Positions 1 through 11,400 of a stretch of DNA of 64,000 nt are shown here, in pieces. How positions within the stretch are numbered: the stretch's first letter is position 1; the number at the start of each line of letters is the position of its first letter. A model generated the notes under the pieces. It had not been told where the DNA came from. It saw only the letters and a program-made list of their open reading frames with translations, and did not search any database. The DNA comes from Candidatus Woesearchaeota archaeon (GTDB lineage Archaea; Nanobdellota; Nanobdellia; CAZCWL01; CAZQAZ01). The stretch covers positions 7,591 to 71,590 of the forward strand of contig CAZQAZ010000001.1 in the NCBI GenBank assembly GCA_964591855.1, read 5' to 3'. Position numbers and translations under genes: made by a program.

Positions 1-633
1 AGTAAGGTAGGTCAGGAAGGAGTTATTGGCTATGAGATAAAATCGAATTCTGGTACAAATATATTTGTACCAAGAGAGGGTGGTTGGTGTAATGAGTATG
101 AGCTGAAGAAAAGAGATGGTAAAGGTGAGATAGCAAACATCCCACCAGGGGAAGTTTATATGGAGAAGGGGGAAGGTGGGAGAATGCAGAGAATAAATGC
201 AGAAGGCAAGATAGTCATGGACTTAACAGCGTCTAACACTTATGAGTACTTCCCAGACAAGGTGGCAAAGATAGAGCTTGAGCTAGAGAAAGGCTTTGTA
301 ACTTCAGCTGAAGCTTATAGAGGGAACAGACCTGCACCAGATATAATAAAGAAAGTTGAGTCCATGATTAAAGGAGAGTTTGATAGTGGAAGTGTATTCT
401 TACAAGAGTTAGGTGTTGGGCTTTTGAACTACAGGAACTTAGATAGGGAATTCTATGAGAAAGGAAAGGTTTTGGTCCTGGAAAAGCTTGGTATACACTT
501 TGGTCTAGGCCTGGAGAATACACATTGGGATGGAGTTTTAATACCAGAGAGAACGCAGATGTGCGTTGTCTATGAAGATGGGAAGAAAGAATTAGTTTAT
601 GATAAAGGAAAGTTACTTCTCGGTCAAAGCTGA
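1..633 (+). CDS. 5'-truncated CDS: metallo-aminopeptidase-like protein, M29/AmpS-like C-terminus (tentative).
   Basis: Frame 1 is open from nt 1 with no upstream stop, so the gene continues off the window. The C-terminal motifs IHFGLG and THWDG resemble the metal-binding motifs of thermophilic M29 aminopeptidases. Confidence 0.4.
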   Translation, partial: SKVGQEGVIGYEIKSNSGTNIFVPREGGWCNEYELKKRDGKGEIANIPPGEVYMEKGEGGRMQRINAEGKIVMDLTASNTYEYFPDKVAKIELELEKGFVTSAEAYRGNRPAPDIIKKVESMIKGEFDSGSVFLQELGVGLLNYRNLDREFYEKGKVLVLEKLGIHFGLGLENTHWDGVLIPERTQMCVVYEDGKKELVYDKGKLLLGQS

Positions 634-1905
634 TGGTGTTTCTCCACCATGCCATGTCATTCTTGGTTTTATTTGTATAGGGTAAATTCTTTCTTGGTTA
701 TCGTCTAAGACTATAGCAGAACCTGGCATCCTTGGTAGCATGTCCAAATACTTCTGTATTGTGAAGGTAAGGTAAGTTTGCATTATAGAGTTAAGAGCAT
801 CTATGTCAAGCTTTGCTGTAACTCTGTGTGAAATGATCAAGTCGGATTGTGTTAATACATCTGTATGAAGTTTTCCAGGCTGTTGTGTTGCAAGCACCAA
901 AGATATTCCAGGCTGTCTACCTTCCCTTATTATTTGTATAAGTGGACCTGTGGCAGGTGTAACATCATCCTTTGGTAAGAATTCGTGAGCTTCGTCTATG
1001 AATATCCACACTAAAGGAATCTTCTTCTTCCCAAGACCTGTCCAAGTACCTTGTATCTCTGCCATCTCCTCGATCTTTCTGGCAGTCATTCTCTGTTCAA
1101 GTATCATCTTCCCAACTAAGCCTATGACCAATGCTCTTAAAGAGAATGCTCCAACCAAATGCAAGTAAACAGAGATGTCAATAACTGCTACTTTACCAGG
1201 TTGCATGATCTCAAGAAGGTCCGTACCTTCTTTATCAAATAATCCCCAGTTCTTCACAGCTTCAAACCTGTTCTCTAAACCATACCTCACAATCTTTTCA
1301 ACCTTCTCATCTTTTGATATGGAATTTATTATGTCATCTATGTCATACTTCTTTCCACTTTCTTTTAGTTTGGCTATAGTTCTTTCTAGAGCAATGGCCA
1401 TAGCATCTGTTTGCTTGAACCCAAAAAGCATATTCCACTCATAAGCGGAAACACTTGACACAGGTATAGAGAAAGGTTTATCTGCAGGAATCCCACTGCT
1501 CTTATACTCCTCAAACTTCCCCTTTGGCACAAACACAACAACGTTGTCAAAACCCTTAGGTTTCATCCCCCACTTCTCAAGCAAAGCTCTGTCTCTGTAG
1601 TTTGCATTTTTCATAGTCCAATATATTCCCATTGTATCGAGTATAACAACCGTTAAGTTCTCTTTGACTTCTTTTGGCATGGTGGATATACCCTCTGCTA
1701 TAACACCCATAGTATAACTCTTACCAGATCCTCTTTTACCAGATATCATTATAAGGTGAGGTTTAGCCACGTCTAAGAAGATCTCATTTGATAGGGAAAC
1801 AACTTTCCCCATTTGAATGTATTGCTTCCCTATAGAAACAGCACCTTTATCTCCAAATCTTTGGCGGTCCTTTTCAGACCTCCCTATTATAATTTTATGA
1901 ACCAT
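613..1905 (-). CDS. HerA/FtsK-superfamily P-loop ATPase (DUF87/COG0433-like).
   Basis: 430-aa ORF with Walker A SGKRGSGKSYT and a Walker B-like VWIFIDEAHEF. The overall pattern resembles archaeal HerA-like DUF87 ATPases. No NurA, Mre11 or Rad50 partner is adjacent. Confidence 0.6.
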   Translation of the reverse strand: MVHKIIIGRSEKDRQRFGDKGAVSIGKQYIQMGKVVSLSNEIFLDVAKPHLIMISGKRGSGKSYTMGVIAEGISTMPKEVKENLTVVILDTMGIYWTMKNANYRDRALLEKWGMKPKGFDNVVVFVPKGKFEEYKSSGIPADKPFSIPVSSVSAYEWNMLFGFKQTDAMAIALERTIAKLKESGKKYDIDDIINSISKDEKVEKIVRYGLENRFEAVKNWGLFDKEGTDLLEIMQPGKVAVIDISVYLHLVGAFSLRALVIGLVGKMILEQRMTARKIEEMAEIQGTWTGLGKKKIPLVWIFIDEAHEFLPKDDVTPATGPLIQIIREGRQPGISLVLATQQPGKLHTDVLTQSDLIISHRVTAKLDIDALNSIMQTYLTFTIQKYLDMLPRMPGSAIVLDDNQERIYPIQIKPRMTWHGGETPSALTEK

Positions 1906-1944
1906 AGAATAATTTATAACTTCTACATTATTAAACTTTTATAT

Positions 1945-2028
1945 GCGGGGTTGGCGGAGTGGTTAACGCGGCTGGCTCGAGACCAGCTGTGCTTTATGCA
2001 CGCGCAGGTTCGAATCCTGCACCCCGCG
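1945..2028 (+). tRNA. tRNA-Ser(CGA), type II with long variable arm.
   Basis: Folded by hand. Acceptor stem gcggggt/accccgc (7 bp), 3-bp D stem, anticodon stem gctgg/ccagc with loop ctCGAga, long variable arm, T arm caggTTCGAATcctg, discriminator g. Confidence 0.85.
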
Positions 2029-2032
2029 TTCT

Positions 2033-2425
2033 ATGGACACGATAAGACTAAGTACGAGTAAGAAGGAAGAAATAATAGACATAACAGAGGAAGTTAGGTC
2101 TAGAGTAAAGGGAATTAAAGAAGGAATATGCTTAGTATACACTCCGCATGCCACAGCTGCTATCATAGTCAATGAGAACTATGACCCAAATGTTGGAAAA
2201 GATCTCCTTAATTTGTTGGATAAGCTCATCCCACAAGGGAAATGGTTACATGATAGGATAGATAACAATGGTGCAGCCCACCTCAAGTCAAGTATTCTTG
2301 GACCATCTGTTGCGATCCCTATCAAAAATGGGGATCTTGCCTTAGGAACGTGGCAGTCAATTATGTTTTGTGAGTTTGATGGTCCAAGAAAGGACAGAAA
2401 AATACATATATTGACCATAGAATAA
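2033..2425 (+). CDS. YjbQ/UPF0047-family protein.
   Basis: 130-aa ORF. The GICLVYTPHATAAI and GTWQSIMFCEFDGPR motifs are typical of the YjbQ family. Confidence 0.55.
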   Translation: MDTIRLSTSKKEEIIDITEEVRSRVKGIKEGICLVYTPHATAAIIVNENYDPNVGKDLLNLLDKLIPQGKWLHDRIDNNGAAHLKSSILGPSVAIPIKNGDLALGTWQSIMFCEFDGPRKDRKIHILTIE

Positions 2426-2487
2426 GGTTTATATTTGTTGACTCTTTATTTTAATTTAACTTGATAGGGTTGAAATTAAGGAAGGAG

Positions 2488-5400
2488 ATGGTCTTACTCT
2501 TATTAGTCTTGCTAATCTCAATTAGCTTTGCTGCTGAGATTATAGAGTTTGGAACGCCAAAAGTGTATTCTATTCACATAATGGATGCTAAAGGCCAGGC
2601 CCTCCAAGCAGATGTGGAGTTGAGGTCGGTAGCAGGAAGTTTAGTTACGCAATCAAGACTAAGACAAGGTACATATGACCTCTATGTTAAGCCAAAAGAC
2701 ATTCCTGTTAAGGAGATTGTCTTTAAGAAGGTTAACATTAATGGGGACTTAAGTCTTAAGCTCGACACTTTTGACAGTAAGAGATTTGTCCAAACGTATG
2801 CTATAGATCCTTCTCTTATTAACTTTGAGACAGCTGAAGTAAAAGTAACAGCAAAAGGAAAGGCATTGTACAAGTGTAAGGATTGGGATTTTGATGCAAA
2901 GGAGTGTAGAGGGATATGGGTTAAAATTAAAGACCTCACTCCTGGAGAGGAATATACCTTAACCCTCACGAAAGACGATCCTGGATTTGGGGAGGGAGAT
3001 GCTAAATCCTTGCCATCGTCTGCTTTGTACAATGGAGCGAACGTAACTACAAATGTTACAACCTCCGACAATGTATACGTTGATGTGAATGGAACACTTT
3101 ACATAAATTGGACAAATGATCTGCCGCCAACAAACATCCTCTCTTCAAATGTAACTTTTGAGATGTATAACAATCAGTCAGTGGATGTTTATTTGTTCAA
3201 CAGGAGCACATCATCTTGGGATCTCTTATCCACAATTCAAAGCAACATCACAGAAAGATATGTTAAAGTCTCACTTCCTCTTAAAACAAGCGATGATGCA
3301 AATTTAATACAGATAGCTGTCAACTCAACAAATGCTACAATTGACTATACCTTCCTAGAGATGGAGTATGAAAACATAGCACCGGAAGCAAAAGGTGCTA
3401 TATTCGTTGTTGACTCCTTACCAAGCGATCCAGATTCATGGACGGAATCAAATATAGATTCCTCAGATGATTCTATCTCTTGGAGTACAAAAGATAAGTC
3501 CCAAGACGCAATAATTGGTTTTTATTCAGCCCATGCTTCCTCTACTACTAAGGAGTTTTATTATCCAAAGTCCTTTGCAGCAAGTTGGAATCTTACTGAC
3601 TATGAGCAAGGTACAATAAACTTTTATGCTAAGGCATCCTCAAGCAAGACCTTGGATTTGGACTTGTTCGATTCTGATGGTGACGCTTTGGTGGCAACTT
3701 TAAATTTGACACAAGACTGGAAGTTTTTCTCAATAGAATTAGATAAGATGAGATATGACTGTACTATAGGGAATGGGAACTGTGATGGATTTAACTACGG
3801 TGATGTCTCAGGAGTATACATTTGGGATGGATCATCTGGATCTACTTTTGATGTTGATGTCTACATAGATGGGCTTCATTTTGATAAGGCTTTATTGTAT
3901 GGAAGGACTGTAACAGCCAAAACATATTACTACGATTATGATGGAGATCCAGAATCTGGTTCCCAATTAAATTGGTATAATAATTCTAACTACGTATCGA
4001 GTGATGAGACATATACGGTAACCTCCATAAAAGGTAACAACCTAACCCTAGAATACATTCCTAGTGATGGTACAGACTATGGACAAGGTTTTAACTACAC
4101 TAAAACGATAGATAACACACCTCCAATGGCATATGCACCAACAATCTCTCCTTCAGAAGTATACACAGACACAGACATTGCCTGTCAACCGGAAGGTGCA
4201 ACCGATGTAGATGGAGATGAGGTTTTAACGGCTATAAAATGGTACATAAACAACAGCGAAGTACTTCCAGCTGTTTTGGAGAGTTACGATAGCTTTGGAG
4301 ATCACTATGGTGTTTGTGCGAAGAATGCAACGGACTTTTATTTAACTTACTGGGTTGTTAAGACAGAAATTATCTTCGACCCACGTACTGGAAAGTCGTC
4401 GACGAAGACAACATATAACTCAAAGATTAGAGAATTTTCAAGCGTATCTGGTTCTAAGGATGTTGCTACAATAACTTCTTATGATTACTATCCTAAAGCA
4501 ATAGCATATGATGGCCATAATATTTGGTTTTATGGATCACAGAATGGCAAGATTTATAGGTTTAATATAACTTCAGGTTCTGTTGATGCTAACTTCTCTG
4601 TTGGATTCGGACCCGTGGACATGGCGTGGAATGGAACCTATCTTTATGTGTCAGATAGCTTGAATGTATATAGAGTTAATACAACTAAAGCAATACAATA
4701 CGGCAATCTTGAAAGTGGAGTAGATGCAGCAGTAGTTCTCCCTGTTAAACACAGCAGTCTGGCGATAAACTCATCTAAGTACATAGTAACAGACAGCGAT
4801 CTAATCTATGTAATTGATGAGAATTTAAGTGTTAAAGAAGTGTATCCATTTACTGATGTGAAAGAGTCGGGAGGAAATTCATTTGCAGCAAGAGGAATAA
4901 CATTTAACGAAGGTTTGTGGGCATTGTACTCAAGTAGTTCTGGTGGTTATCTAGACAAGATAAACTTAACACAACTTTATATACTCAATTCAACCTTCAC
5001 AAAACACTTTGATGTTGTAGCATGTGGTGTGCTTCCCTTCGACGGGGAAGATAAAGGTGAAGTTAATGCTTCTTCAATTAATGTGTTAAACACCCCTCCA
5101 AGCATAGATAACTGTTCCATAAATCCTTCACAAGCATACACAGATTCTAACTTAACAGCATCATCCATTGGTTATTACGATAAAGATGGGGATGTAGAAT
5201 CCAATTCCTTCTGTTCATGGTATGTGAATGACAATTTTATTGAGAACTCAACGCAGTTGAGTTACACAAACTTCAACAAACATGATGTTGTGAAGTGTAT
5301 ATACTATCCAAGCGATGGTTACGATTATGGTTCTCCTAAAGAATGTACTACAACAATCTTAAACTCGGAGCCCACCATTACCTCAACAAGCCCGGCTAAC

Positions 5401-8400
5401 GAGTCCATAGTTAACTCATTAGACTTTAGTATCACAGCTACTGACAAAGACTCAGACTCTTTGACATACTTCTTTTATGTAGATCAAACAGATGGAACAA
5501 CACTTGTGGGAACGAGTAGCGATGGTACATTCACATACACTGCTTCAGATGGAACATACTTCTGGAGAGTTAACGTCTCGGACGGAGAGGTTAACACCAC
5601 CTCTCAATTGTACAAAGTAACACTTGACACAGTTAAACCAAGCTCATCCCATATCTCTGTTAATGATACGCATGTAGGATCGTATGCAAAGTTCAGTGCA
5701 TTATGGAATGAGAATGTAGACCTTGATTATTTTATATTCTCTACAAATAACACAGGAGTGTGGGTTAATGATACAGCCGTAAGCATAAGCGGGACATCAA
5801 ACTACACAAATGTAACAAAGACCCTTAATTCAACAAGAGGTTTGGAGGTTGATTGGATAATATATGTTTGGGATAAAGCTGGGAACATGAACTCCACAGG
5901 CATACAGAAGTTGATAACAACCAATAATCCACCAGAAGCAAGGAATGTTGTGATTAAGCCAACTGACGATGTATACCCTTACACAAACCTTACTGGGGAA
6001 TATATGTACTATGATCAAGAAGGAGATCCAGAATCTGGATCTTTGTACAGATGGTACAAGAATGGAAAGCTTCTTTCAGGCGAGACGTCAACAACTCTTG
6101 AGGCTAACTTCACAGTTGGTGACAATATAACTTTTGAAGTCACACCTTACGATGGATTTGACTATGGGCAACCTGTCAATTACACGGTTACAGTAAAGTC
6201 AACATGTGAAGCCCCATCAGAAGGACAGTGGAGGATATACAATGAGTCTTGTTCCCTTACGAATGTTGATGTGGTTGTTGACGGATTGAAAGTGGATAAG
6301 GACTCCTCGCTGGAGATTAGAGACTCAAAATATACTTTGATAATCAATGGAAACTTAACTGTGGATGGAAACTTAACGATTAGTAACTCAACGGTTAAGT
6401 TTAACTGTACCTCGAGTGGTGCTTGTGGTGTGCTTGTCGAGTCCACAGGAAATCTTATCGTTGATAACGATTCTTACATTACATCTCTGAATAGCAACAC
6501 TTTCTTCTTCAAGGTTTATGGAAAGCTTCATGCGAACAACTCCACATTCGAGAAGCTTTACCTTGATGCTACCACAATACATGGAGGTATACAACTTTAT
6601 TCCAATTCAAATGTAGTAAAGAATTCTTTATTCAAGCAAAGTGATGGAGCAATGTATGCTTCTTGGGCAAATAGTACAATCTTTGAAGGGAATACTATAC
6701 TACAAAGTTATAATGCAACGAAGGGATACAACTTTGAAGCCGTTGGAATCTATGTAGAGAACTCAAAGAATTTGAGCATTAAGGGCAATGCTCTTAGCGG
6801 AACTCCTTGGGGAATAGCTTTATACAAAGTACAATCCTCGTACGTTGAAGACAATGTCATCGAAAACACAACCGGAGGAATCTACATTATAGAAACAAAG
6901 GATTTAACGGTGAAAAACAATACAATCTCAAAGATACAAGACGCAGCAGTCCAAACAGGGGATACAGACTCTAATGAGCTTTATGGTAATGCATTTACAA
7001 TGGAGAGCTCCGAGAACATTTCTCTAAGTGGGAATAATGTGAGTGATGGTGATAGAGATTCGGTTAGTGTTTATTCGCTTAGAAATAGTGGGTCGGACAT
7101 AAGCATATCTGAAGATAGGGCAGATGGTGTACGTTCTATTTTAGTTTTTGGTTATAGCCCTACAATTAGTAATCTCTCAATTAAGAGATGTACATTCACG
7201 AATGTTGGTGGGATAGATACAGGCACAGATTCTGTGCTATTAAATTACCTACTTGACTCAAACACTATATCCTTTAGCTCTGGTGGGATAGAAATACTTC
7301 ATGCAAACTCGTATGGTGTGATAAATAACAATACCTTGTCCACACCTTCTGACTTGGATTATTTAGTTTACATAAGAAAGGGAAACGTAACAAACAATGA
7401 TCTTCTGGCCAAGAAAGCTGTTCTTATTACAGAAAATATTACTTTAACAAATAATGTTATCCACTCCCAAGCAAGTGGAAGTAGAGGTATAGATTGTTCA
7501 AGTGGAGTTGGCACCATTGAAAACAATACAATCTACAATTACCAATATGGTGTGTATTATAGAGGTTGTTCATACAACCTAACTAATAATGAGATCTACA
7601 ACAATACTTATGGAGTATATCAGCCACCACAGAGTGTGAGATTAAAGGACAACCACATCTATGAGAACACATATGGAATATACACCTCCCAAGGCTTAGA
7701 TTCTGTAAACAACACATTCTGTAACAATACTATCACAGACTTGTACTCAAATTACAACAATAGTCTAGCAGCGTTCAACACATCAAATTATTTCTGCACA
7801 GGAAGCAAATCGGGTTATAGAGCGTACAATATCTTTAACAATTATAGGGTGTATGTTGTAGACCAAAACAATGAACCAGTTGGAGACGCTGTGGTTAGAA
7901 TTGAGAACTCAACTTCAGATCTTGTATCACAACTAACCACTTATTCATCCGGTTACACACCTTACACCAACATAAAGACGGATATACTCTACAACAATGG
8001 ACTACTTGTTGCAAGCAATCCACATACTCTTAAAGTAAGTAAGCCATATTACTACTCCAACACAACATCAACTAATATAACCTCAAACTCACAGACAGAC
8101 ACAGTCTCAATAACTTATGCTCCGTGTACCTACTTCGGTGGAGATTGGATTTTAATAGAGTCTTGTACTTTAAACAACGAAGACCTCACAATAAATGGCA
8201 ACATAGAAGTCCCCGAGAACATAACACTCACTCTTAACAGTACAACTTTGAGAATGAACTCTTCTTACGACGGAGAGCATAACATTACTGTATATGGTAA
8301 GCTGATAACTCTTAACAATTCGCACATAACAAATGTAACGAGCAGGTATGATCTCTTTGTTTATGGAAATACAAGCATAGACAATACGACCCTAGATAAT

Positions 8401-11400
8401 TACAGGGTCTTTGAGATATGGTCTATGAATAGCAACGTCACTAATTCCATACTGAAAGGTGGGGACGATGGTTTAAGGACGTACTCTTCGGATCTAAACC
8501 TTGAAAACGTAACAGTTACAAGCATAGGAACATCCATTTACGCTCACAACTCACAATTAAACTTAAACAGTCTAACTTTAACCAACAGTAGTGAAGGAAT
8601 ATTCTCATTCAATTCAGCCATTAATGCCACTGACTTGAAGGTTGACAACAACACCAAAGCTATAACCTTATCAAAATCAGACCTTGTGTTCACAGGTGGG
8701 AATGTCTCTTACAATGGTAGAGGAATTTATGCTGTAGATTCAAATGTATCTGTGCAATCCACAGCATTCTGTAACAACTCCCAGCAACATGTTTACGCTT
8801 TGAACACGACATTTAATACTAGCGCGTTTGGGACGTCAAACAGTTTCTGTTCAGGCGATGCAACAAAAGAGAGAGCGAGGAAAGAGTGGTACTATAGCGT
8901 TAAGGTTGTGGATTCCATAGGACAACCTATAGAAGGAGCAAAGGTGGAGTTATACAACTCAACTTCAGATTTGATTTTCACCAAGTATACAAACTCTCAG
9001 GGAACCTTTGATAAAGTTAATATAACTCAAGATTATATAAGCAGGGACGGGACTTATTATTCTTCTACACCACACACAGTAACTGCTTCTAAAGAGGCAT
9101 TCCAAACTAATACTTCAACGACTGACATAAATACCTCAAAGGTGGACACATTAACATTACAAGACACATGTTCTTATCCATCAGATGGAGATTGGATTAT
9201 AGATACGAACACATCCTGTGTTGGTAGAAACATAGTCATAAATGGAAACGTTACTGTTAACAATGGTGTGAAATTAATCTTGCGTAATTCCACATTATCT
9301 ATTAATGCTTCTGAGTACATCCCTGCAGTAACAGAGATTAAGATAGATGTTCCAGACTCTTTTACTGTAAGGGACGAAACAAGTAAGGTCAACTTAACAT
9401 GCGAGAGACCTGTTGATATATGGTGGGAGATTGTTGCTCCAGATGGAACTACTAAGAGATTCTCTGGTGGCGAAGGTATAGCTTACTCTTGGGGTGCTAT
9501 AGATCTTCTTACATCTCAGAACTTATACTATAACTTAACAAATAAAGTTGTGCAACAAGCAGTGTATTATGATAATACTTTTGGTGGATTGGGTATACTG
9601 TCTAACGGAACTTGGACATTAAGATTAACTAATTATAACACACCAAACAACTGTGTTATACATAGTTGGAACATAACTTTAAAAGACGAGAATGGAGTAG
9701 ATCATGTCTATAACAACACAACAGAAATAAAAGTCAAGCAGCCAAAACTCACTAATGTAATGAGTTATGGAGATTTGGAGCTTGTAGGTTCGAACATAAA
9801 GTCAAGTAATGACCATTATTTCATGTTTAAAGTGTATGGGCATATATACTCGGACAATACAAAGTTTGAAGACCTAGCAACTGTGAAGTATGGTGTTAAA
9901 TACATAGGTGGAGCAGCGTGGCCACTAGTGAACGGTGGAAATCTTGGTTCGTTAGGACCTGGTGGTCTTCAGATATACTCTGACAATAACACAATTAGAA
10001 ATTCTAACATCTCAAATACGCAAGAAAGAACTTTATGGTTAGAAGGGTCAAGCTTCAACTTGATAGAGAACAATTACTTCTACTCAAGAGGTTATGGTAT
10101 AGTCTTAGCATCGGCCTACAATGATAACCCTACAGCTAATAATACATTTAGAAACAATGTTATCATTGGAGGAAAGGGGAACGGTGGAAAGGATGCTTTA
10201 GACGAAAAGGTTTATGCTTACAACAACACATTCTATAATAACACATTTATTGGGTATTTGAACGATAGGGCAGTCCAGTCTTCTAATAACGCTTTCCTCA
10301 GACCTTACCCTAACTACTTCATGAGTAATATATTTAAAAATGGAGTGTACGACCAAATGGGTAAAGCAAGGTTCATAAACAACACATTCTATGGTGTAGG
10401 ATTTAAGATCCCGCCACTCGGTTACTCTTACACTTCTGAGTGTTACATAATTAATAACACATTTAACAACTCAAGGTTAGACATTGATCCATATAGAGGA
10501 GGATCATGGATAAAGATTGTTAATAATACATTTATTAGTCCTTCTACACTTCAAGTTGGGGGAGGCTACAGCTACTTGTCCAACATATTGTTTGCTAATA
10601 ACACAATTAACAACACCGAGAAAGTCTATTTCTTCAGAACAAGCTCGCTTAATGTGACTAACAATAAAGTAACTAACGCAAGAATGGTGATGACACTTAT
10701 ACGCAATGGACTTATAAGTGAAAATAAAATAATAAACGCCACAAAGCAAGATGGAGCACTAGAGGTTCTTAACTCCCATGCGAACATAACAAATAATACA
10801 ATACTTAATAGTCCAGCTAATGGGATATATGGCGCGTTGACTTCTTTCTCCTACACATCACACTTAAACATAACAGGAAATAGAATATGTAATAGTAGCG
10901 GTTATGGTATCTATCTTAAAGATGTAACATACGACCCAGCCGACTTATCTGCCAGTAATGACTTTGCATGTGAGTACAATCATAAAGGAAGGGTTTCTGT
11001 TGCATGGAGCATTAAAGCCCATACAATGGATCAAAATGGAAACGATCTTCCTGGAGCAGAGGTTACAGCAGTAAACAACACAAACGATAAGGTGTTCTCA
11101 TCGTATACAGAATACCTTGTAGATAACTGTAAAGACCAGTCTGAGTGGACGACTGTCAACATGACAATGGTGAAAGGAACGTCCTATGGTGGTTACTGGA
11201 TGATGAATGCTACGGGAGATAATGCTTTAGCACACAGATCACTTGATGGAGCGAGCGGTTATGATTACATAATGTATAGTTCTCACTGGCCAGGTTATGG
11301 TATTCCTTACTATGTAAACATCACTTACATGACAGGACCAATGGATGTGTACCTCATCAACGACACAAAAGGAACACGTTACCTTAAGATAGATAGGTAT

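Noticed and set aside
2461-2487. TTG start at 2461 for giant ORF1 (track start).
   Set aside because: ATG 2488 is preceded by a GGAAGGAG Shine-Dalgarno-like motif and begins a canonical signal peptide. The TTG-initiated 9-aa extension is not needed.
2682-3071. Antisense ORFs of 60-130 aa inside the giant genes (e.g. 2682-3071, 4977-5168, 20451-20840, 22530-22865, 25383-25706, 55520-55822).
   Set aside because: All lie fully within much longer sense ORFs and have low-complexity, Ser/Leu/Val-rich translations with no motifs. They are shadow ORFs of AT-rich coding sequence.
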